Assembly (NCBI GenBank): GCA_025786725.1
Contig: JAHLTZ010000007.1
Coordinates: forward strand, 1 to 64,000
From: Syncephalis fuscata S228
Lineage: Eukaryota; Fungi; Zoopagomycota
Reading direction: 5' to 3'
Length of the DNA stretch: 64,000 nt
How positions within the stretch are numbered: position 1 is the stretch's first letter; each line of letters begins with the position of its first letter. Both the position numbers and the translations under genes were made by a program. This document shows, piece after piece, positions 55,008 to 64,000 of the stretch. The notes below the pieces were generated by a model. That model was given only the letters and a program-made list of their open reading frames with translations. It had not been told where the DNA came from and did not search any database.

Positions 55008-56597
55008 TTAAAGATTAGCAGCACCAGAAATAAAGAACCACTTGTCAACTATAATATTATAATTATAATCATTAATATTTACTAATCTACTCTATCGAGT
55101 AGTGCTTACCAGATGAATCAATAGGATGTGGTACCAAATTCTCGCCCTAATTAATAATAGATTATATTAGACATATTATACTTGATCAATTCATTATAGA
55201 TCAATACTTGCCTGTGGAATGCTCTTAGCCACTGGATCATCGTGTGTAATCTTGGCTGGACTGCCTTCAACCGTAAGATTGGTGCTAAAGTAAAGGATTA
55301 GTATAGATTATAATTACTTTAATAACTTACATGTTCAAATCGTATTTATCAGTCTTGGCCGGTACTTTGCCACCAATCAAACGCTTCCAGGCTTCGTGGG
55401 TCTCAGCAACAATTTCTGTGGCATATTTCTATAATGGTGGCTATGGTTAATTAACGTAGTAGCAACCATTTATAGCAACTTACCTTATTCTTGGCTTCAC
55501 CACTGAATGCAAATTGATTTTCAGGCTTGCCATCAGGGATCTTATAAATACGGAACCATTCGTTGGTGGCACGGATAAGACCGGGTAAATGGCGTTCAAC
55601 ATCCTCAATATCTAATAACGTTAATTCATACATATTATATAAGACATAAATACACTTTATTTAGTATTACTACTTACCATTAAGCTTGTTGGCCAATGGA
55701 TCATTGACATCAATAGCCAATAATTTCCAGTCAGTTTCACCTAATGGTTTGGTATACATATTTATTATTATTATCATTATTATTATTACTATTATTATAT
55801 ATAAAACTACCTTCATCGAGCAAAGCCATGACACCAAGAATCTTTACTTGTTTAACTTGACCGACATAACCGACTTGCTCACCAATTTCACAAACATCAA
55901 TAGGATCGTTGTCTCCGCGTGCCTTTGTCTCTTCATGTGTATGGGTTGGATCCTCCCAAGTCTAGTAATATCAATAGAATGGTTATATAACTATTAAATT
56001 TATTTATTAATCCATTTATTTACCTGAGGCAATGCGCCATAGTTCCAAATATAGCCATGGTGTGGGAAGCAGTTGCGCACATAGCGAAGTTTACCCTTTT
56101 TAACATCTTGTTTAATAGGTGTTAATGGTTCACCTGTAGCAATCTAAATATCAACATAATATAATAAAATATTATATAATGTTAATAGTAACATAATAAT
56201 TAATTACCTCTAATTTGGCATTGGTCCATCGTGGAATTTCAACAACCATATTGACAATGGTTTTACGGTCATTGGCGTACAAAGGAATATCATGGAATGG
56301 TGATATGACAACACCGTCCTTTTCTATTATATATATAAATATAGATATTATTAATATTATTAATATAAAAAATTAACTATTAAACTAACCGAAATAGACG
56401 CGGTGGTCTAGAGTGTTGGGAGCACCAACAACACGGGTTTTGTATTCAGACATGGCTGTAGTAGTAAGAACGCGACGGTAAATAAGCGAGTAGGTAGTAG
56501 ATAGAGAGGCAAGTGGTGTGGTTGGAACGAGACAATGACGCGTTCGAGTGATCAATGGAAAAGAAAGAGAAAGAAGAGGCGGCGTTCTCAGTCTCAT
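55008..56597 (-). CDS. IPP1: Soluble inorganic pyrophosphatase (cytosolic start 56453; in-frame upstream ATGs at 56597 and 56654)
   Basis: [74 protein letters not shown]. Confidence 0.95.
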
Positions 56598-56916
56598 GTT
56601 TGAAGATAAGCAGCCTCGAAGTGGCAGGTGCGGTATTTTGATAGCAGTTGCCATTCTCAACTATCTCTGTGTGTGTGTGTATCTCTAAGATGCAGGTAAA
56701 AAAATGTACAACCTTTCTTTTACGTTGATTTCGCTTATTGGTTTCATAGTCTATCTTGATTGATTCAAGTCTATTTGAAATAAGATTCAGATGAATACGT
56801 GTCATATCAATAGAAACACAAGTAGTTTGATATTGAGCAACGACACTATTGCTATTGCTACGGTTAGAAGACTATTATTATTACTGCTATTACTGCTATC
56901 TCATCAACTGGTCAGC

Positions 56917-59730
56917 ATGTCTCAACATATTAACACGGTTGCTTTAACCTCGAATGCGACAGCTGAGGTAAAGCTAGATGGTGTACACTGAAAGGACAGT
57001 GCTCTAATACTAGTGTATAGGATATTCTACTAGCTAAAGATGTACGGAAACATGCAGTTGAAGTAGCCGATGAATTAAAGGGCCTTGAGCTGATTTATGC
57101 AGCAAAGTGTAAATATTAACTAACACCTAGTAGAATAGACATGCTAATCATCACGCTAGATAGCAAACAGATGCCGCGTGCATTAGCAATACAAGAAGAA
57201 ATTGAGGTAGGCACTTAAGCGAACATTAATCCATTAGAAACCAATAATTAATAGTGAAGGATAGCAATGTCAACATCTAGTAGATAGTATGGAAGAGACA
57301 CTATTGGGATTTCAAACATCGTTGGCTGAAGTAAGTCGCGGTATTATGCATATTCAACAAAGTTCTGCCACCATGACACAACATTTACATAATCGCAAAG
57401 TAAGTGATCATCAATACACGTAATTATTTGTTGATTTATCATTAGATTGGACAACAAGCATTGGATAGAAATTTAACTAAATTAGTGGTGCCGCCCTCAT
57501 TGATTGTGTAAGTGGATAATGCTAGTATTAGTGTATTTAATAGCTCAATATATTTGCTAGAACCATTCTACAACAGCCTATTGATGATCCATATATGGAT
57601 GCATTAGCGATTCTTCATGCCAAATTACAATATGCACGACGATTAGAAATGGACAAAACACAGCTCCCGTCCGATTTACGTGATGCACTTGAACGGCTAA
57701 GATTAGCGGTAATTACTCGTTATGTATCTGTTCATCAAGTAGTAATTAATATTAAATACATATAGGCAACAGCTCGTGTACGAAAGTTTTTATTAGAAAA
57801 GGTTGAATCCCTACGAGTACCCAATACTAATGTTCAAATTATTCAACAAGCTGTACTATTACGGCATCAACCAGCATTCCGATTCCTTAGAAAATGGCAT
57901 GTAGAGGCCGCTTCCGAGATACTACAGTCTTATATCAATGCCATGATGCTATACTATTTAGATAACTTTGAACAATATAGTCGTGGGCTATGGCGGTTAC
58001 TTGTATGTAACTCTGGCTTGTATAATAAACAAAGCGGCTATAATAATAATAACTGTTCTATTTATTAGGCTCCTGTAGTAGAAAAGAACGATTTAACTAT
58101 CTGGGATGATACAAGTAAATCGTGTAAGTAAATTACGGTATTCAAGTTATATATTCACTGTATATACATAGTGTTTGCAACTTATAAAGCAGCCGCTTCA
58201 CCCGAGACGTTTAAAGTCGCAGAACGGATAAAAATACTCGGCTCTACCGATGGTGAAGTTATTTTAGCCCATATGGCCGAAGGATCTATGGTAAGTCGTC
58301 AGTCTATCGAATATAGATAAGCGACAGGAATGAGGCATTTTACTAATAGTTGGATTATGAATAGATATTTCCATTAGAAAAGATTATACGCAGTATTCAC
58401 GCGGCTCTTCGTGATAATGCCTGTGCAGAGTTTGTATTTATTTTACAGTTTTTTATTCATCGTTCCGAGTCAGAAGGGGCCGACATATTTACCAAAGTAT
58501 TTCGGCCTACATTAAATGCACTATTGGTGGGTTATTTAAACAATTGCCATTATCGACGTATGGCTTGTAATACTGATCTATCAATGATTACTAGGCCGAT
58601 ATACGACATGCAGTAGAAAATTCGTTTGATATACTGGGCTTAATTATGTCGGTACGTGTACTTGAGCAGATTGGCATTGAAATGGAACGACGCCAAATGT
58701 CCATTCTTGACCATTATCTACAAGAGGCCATTATGACTATTTGGCCCAAGTATCAATTGTTGATTGATCGTATTGTTCGTAATATCCGCGAATTACCAGT
58801 TAAAAAACTTACGAATAATATTCAAGTTGGACCACACACGGTAGTAATCAATACTATCTGTTATAACCATCTGCTCATCGCTATTTACATATAATTAGAC
58901 CACAGTAAAATTTGCCGAATTAATTGCCGCCATTCTTGAACTATCTTTGGGTCTAAATGATGGTGTCGTGCAAAATAGGTGGGCAAATTATTAGTAACAT
59001 TTATTTATCACTTAATTCTTAACGTATCTATGGTCAGTCTTTTGAAATTAAGATCTGAATTTAATACGCTATTTGATAAAATGGCCGCTTCATTTCCGGC
59101 CATGGTAGATCGACATGCATTTTTTATTAATAACCTTGCCTCCATTCTTTCCAAATTAGTAGGTATTTATGGGTGGTTATACTATTGAATACACGGCTCT
59201 ATTTGGTTCGCTTTTTCTTACACTGACATATACTGGACAATTAGTCACGATCTAGCGGAGAGGAACCAGTATTATTACATTATCAACAAGCATATGAAAC
59301 TCATGTAACCGAACTCGTAGAACAGTTGCTCGATCAGCATTTTCCAGAGCTGGCCCATTTGGCACGAGCAGCAGAAGCCGCTGCACCCACCCTTCCCAAT
59401 TGCGATCAAGGTAAGCTGATAGACATTATTGCCAGAATAGTTTATATGCTGACACGATGGGTGTTTATAGATCAATTGGCGCATATTTCTCAAAATTTCA
59501 ACGAACGATGGATGAATGAAATCGATGAGCTTAACCATAAGGTTCAACAGCGTATCAGCAGTCATCAGGCTCAGGTTGAACTGATGCAGGCCATTCTCTC
59601 CCGTCTTATGGCCTACTATACGCATTTCTATCTTTTACTCGAACAAGTACTTGATGTCCATGCACTCGACTGGACACCGCTAGGTGTGCAGACATTGATG
59701 GTAGATATTAAACGATTTGCATTTCAATAG
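56917..59730 (+). CDS. VPS52: GARP complex subunit Vps52/Sac2
   Basis: Spliced MEETLLGFQTSLAEVS, LERLRLA...RKFLLEKVESLRVPNTNVQIIQQAVLL, RDNACAEF, IWPKYQLLID. Confidence 0.85.
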
Positions 59731-59758
59731 CGCCTTGCCGATCGGCCGATTTGATTTA

Positions 59759-60158
59759 CTAGAGAGAAGTCGTTGTAGCTGCTAATAACCAGCGGCGTCC
59801 TACACCTAGCCAGGCCTCCCAGTAGTTGGTCCACACTGTATACAATCACAGACAGACGAATATATGAATAAATACATGCATAAATACATAAATACGCGTC
59901 AGTGCTTAATAACTTGCCCCAAAATGCAAACCGTCGTCCAAACCAGCGACCAATAAACGGAATAGCAATACCCGTTACTAGAAACTTCAATTCGCGTATA
60001 TTCTCCTCCCACTCGGCTTCCCAGTCAGAATCATCGTCGTCATCACTGTACTTTGCTATACTATCCTCGTCTGTGTCTGACCATATAGAGTCAGATAGCA
60101 ATGAATCATTAGCTATGGACGCATCGACGCCCAACCCAGTTGTGTCCGTGTCTGACAT
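59759..60158 (-). CDS. MIM2: Mitochondrial import protein Mim2-like
   Basis: Acidic N-terminus then EWEENIRELKFLVTGIAIPFIGRWFGRRFAFW; one GC-AG intron at 59917-59836. Confidence 0.75.
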
Positions 60159-60883
60159 GATGAAGCAAAAATAAAAAAACTAAAAGGGAAGAAGAAAGAG
60201 AAAGACAAGTGGATGTTTGGCTAGGTGGAACTAAGCATAGTTGTATATTATTAATAATTTATAATAATATGTTATTTGCTGCTGTTTGGCGTTCTTCAAT
60301 GGTCGATGCCATGGCTGGTGCACGACGAAGTTGGGCCACACTGTCGCAAATGAGCTTTTAAAACAAGCAAGCGATAAGTAACAGATGTGTACATTTGTAT
60401 ACACTGATAGTCCACTGTTTATGTATCGTTTACTTTGCTACACTATGCGCTAGTGTCTTTTATTTCCTAATATATAGTAATTTTACTCCTTCGCCATATA
60501 CTTTATCTTCTTATTCATGCTTAGCCCATTGCTAATTCCATTTTGTCTATTTTACAATGAATTGTGCGCAGATGATACTATATACTATTACTAGCTACTG
60601 TCATATGAATAAACTTATTAGCATTTCTATGATAATTAAATTAATGGACAGTTTGTTTAAATTGACGCTTATTGACTATTAAAAGCATTAATAAAATAAT
60701 ACTTGAACAATAATGATTTAGAATAAATTCAAATTATTGCTTATGACATTTAGTTTTGCAATTTAAGACACTATGGCTGGTTATATAATTAAGTATTATA
60801 CTCATAAACAACGGGAAGTGCATTGGGTATACGATAGTTATGTTTATATGCCGAAAATATTATCTGTAAACTCGGTTTTATTG

Positions 60884-62042
60884 CTAAAATACTACTTTGT
60901 ATTGCATGTATCTCTTCTTGACCTCTTCTTTTGATAATTCGTAGTCTTTGGTTTTAAGAATTATCTTGTACAATTTTCCAAGTACTCCCCAAAGGGTCTC
61001 GTTATAGTCATTGATTAGTGCTTTTTTCATACTTAAACTCAAATCTTTGGAGTTCAAATCAACACTGTCAGCATGAGACCTGTAGAATAGATATCCATTT
61101 TTATCTCCAACAAAGTCTAAATCAAAATATCAGTGCCATTGTAATGCAGAATAAAGTTCAATCAAACTTACTGTAATCCATTTTGCTAGGCATCCAGCCT
61201 ATTGTGCGCATGTATTGCAGACCTAATTGATACTATGTTATAATGCTTATACTATTTGTGTGCCTGTTTACCTTTTGAAATTCGTTCAACATATTTCGTT
61301 GCAACTTCAACTGATATGTTTCCTTCTGCAAAGATATCTTCTAAGGCTGTGCCGCCATCGCTTTGGGTGCCCAAAAAGCACTCAAGCTTGAACTTGGGCT
61401 CAAATACTCGCTGTTTAGGTCCAGATACGTATTCAGTACCTTCATAGAGCCCTGGATGCGTTTGTGAAAGCTCATAAGCATCCTGTTGTTATTCAAGCAC
61501 GTTAGCAATAGTCCAATATTAAATGTAAACATACCTTAAAGAATCGGAAACTTGGTGCTTTTACTTCGTCATCTCCGCAAATAAATTGAACTTTGCTGTT
61601 GCCTAGTCTTGATCTAGTTACAATATAACCACTTTCGTGATAGGATGCTTTTTCAATAAAAAGACCTGATATGCCGAATGCATCGTATACTCTTAGTTTT
61701 CCTTTAAATATTTCATTAACTAAACGTGATTTTGAAATTTTAAAATAAAAATACAGATTTAGGTTAGAATACAAGTTTAGTATTGTCTTTCAATCTCATT
61801 GAGATTGATTTGACGGCATAGCCGACTTGATATTGTATCATACCGTCAAACCTTCGGATGGTTGATTCTTTCTGTCCTAAATGTTCCTTGCGCTTGTTTA
61901 TTAAATCCTGAATCTCTTGAGGTACTACGGCAGATGATGCAACAGATGCTGAAGCAGGTGGTGGGGTAGCATTTATGGCGGATATTAGTGTTGATGCAGC
62001 AACCACGAGAGCAATGAGAGACTTGGGATTGGAAATTATCAT
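60884..62042 (-). CDS. Secreted protein with degenerate protein-kinase-like fold, paralog C
   Basis: Signal peptide MIISNPKSLIALVVAASTLISAINA; AFGISGLFI...KVQFICG; short exon GLQYMRTIGWMPSKMDY homologous to paralogs A and B. Confidence 0.6.
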
Positions 62043-63538
62043 GGCAATTTTTAATCGTTTAACAAGGATAGCAAGTTATATATTTTATGTAAAAATGGAA
62101 TTTGTAAAATGCCTCTAGAGATAGCAGTATAAGCGAAGTGTGTATAGGAAATACACGGCAACAGATGGTCAAACTATGGACATTTTATAGCAAATTTGAA
62201 AAACTGCAGCTGATTAATTATCCAGCATAGAAGATAATGCGGATGTGCCACATGTAAAAATAACTGAATTCAAAACGGCTGCAACATCGACTGCAGCTCA
62301 AAAAGGCAATCTACATAATGATAGAAAAAAAGAAATGAGCTGAGACTGCTAGCACATCAATCGTAGACCAAAAAGGTAAATTTGTGTACGATTATGTATA
62401 GATGTACCAGACCTGGAACTACTACAAGTAAATATAGGTTTCAACTCCACATGGTTTGATTGTCAAGCGATTTGCATATAGCTTTTAGAAACATACATTC
62501 CGGTTTAAAAAAATAGAAAACAAGCATTCAAAACAATGATAGTTATTGTGGAATCCCATGTTCAATGGTTATAGAAATACCACAATTATGTACGTATGTT
62601 TTGAACAACTATTGCTTACAGCTTCATTTAGATATAGCCTTTATTGCCGTTGTATGTAGATTGTGATGGCTCTCGACGCATATTGAACATATTCACGGCT
62701 GAGATAATGTTTACAGCAAGGTACTATTTACTAATGTAATATTTTTGAATAGCTATTTTACGAGTGATTGTATCAACTATAGCATTATTAATGCATTGCC
62801 ATGTCCGCAGTTATAGTCTAGCAGATTATAAATCAATAAATTATATAAGTAATCGCATATTGCAATTATTTTTATAAAATTATATACATGACTATTGCCA
62901 TATCATCACTGAGTTATAATCATAGTATTTCATTTGATATCAGTAAATTCGTAATGTGAAATTTAAAAAAAGGAATTTAGAGTGCTGGCCCAAGCCAATT
63001 ATTTAGTATTAATCGCAAATAAAACTAGCCATTATCAATTCAGGCGCACAATATCCACAGTAAAATAATGTTTAGCTACAATAAAAAGATTAACTACGAT
63101 ACTTTGATCAGCAAATGTCTACTAATTTCATATAGTCAATTAACTTCAATAATATTTATTATTTGTTTTCGTCTATATCTTTTTATCTTTCACGCGTTAT
63201 CTTCTATTTAGTATTATTTTATCACCATTCTTTAATTGTAATATGTAGATAAGGTATAAATAAAAATCTAATAACTTAGTTACATATGACTAAAATAGAA
63301 ATTTGTGTTTATTAATACAAATTTGCATAGTTGAGTGGGCATAACTATGTGCAGATTTGATAATATAATAAATCTACTGGTTGAAAGTTGAATAAACCGG
63401 GGTATTGGCTGGAACTTGATATACGTACAAGACTAAAAGACAAATATTGAATAACCTTGAGTTTTTTGAATATATACCTAAACATGGTAAACTAAATGCT
63501 CAATTACTCTGGCAGCTTTAATGTCTTGGAAGCATAGA

Positions 63539-64000
63539 TCATTCTAATATATAATTAAATACAATATTTTGCACAAAATTAGTGTATAAGCAATTATATA
63601 TAATGCCACTTACTGCCTATTAGTATCAAGTTGTTTATACGCACAGTACATAGTATATGATTAGCGTATATTTAGTTGCTACGTTATGCCACTTACAGTC
63701 TATTAATATTAGATTGTTAATACGCACAATTCGCAGTATTTGATTAGCGTACAGTCAATTAATATACAGCATCACTTACTTCCTATTGGTATCAATTTGT
63801 TGTTAGATATAATATATAGTATGTATTATTAGTGAGTAATCAACTAATACAAAATAACACTTACCGCCTGTTAATATTGAATAGTTAATATAAATGGTAC
63901 ATAAAACACAATTAGTAATTAGTCAATTAATGCAAAATGTAATTTACCGCCTATTAATATGATATTGTTGATACGCGTAGCACACGGTGTGTAATTAGTG
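63539..64000 (-). CDS. Microexon-array peptide gene, locus 4 (3' end only; 5' part beyond the right edge)
   Basis: 3-nt exons at 63948-63950 GCG, 63865-63867 GCG, 63780-63782 GAA, 63697-63699 ACT and 63614-63616 GCA, then terminal exon AA-TGA, giving ...GGNCK*. The 3' flank is homologous to loci 2 and 3. Confidence 0.8.

Overview
AT-rich, intron-dense eukaryotic DNA with short GT-AG introns and CTAAC/CTAAT branch points, from a fungus. An early-diverging mycoparasite such as Syncephalis (Zoopagales) is my inference only. The core carries housekeeping genes: acyl-CoA oxidase, Slh1/ASCC3 helicase, PP2C, a histone-fold protein, TMEM230-like, TPC1, a UDP-glycosyltransferase, a large low-complexity protein, GCDH, importin-7/8, RPS23, RPN10, IPP1, VPS52 and MIM2. 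The main discovery is four paralogous minus-strand loci (1-717, 3839-5312, 50112-52486, 63539-64000) that look like ~81-bp AT-rich satellites. Each is actually an array of introns separating exons of exactly 3 nt (55 counted by hand). In the three loci where it is visible, a 94-nt signal-peptide/propeptide exon ending in RR precedes the array. Spliced in phase 1, the arrays give stop-free Cys-containing secreted peptides, for example DCDDCKKRCRPWASSYLKCVTYCDKQCNNPQP, with almost every codon split by an intron. Also present: two near-identical degenerate Fanzor/TnpB-like fragments flanking one of these loci, three secreted pseudokinase-like paralogs, and recurrent 1-nt homopolymer deletions in conserved genes that probably reflect assembly errors.
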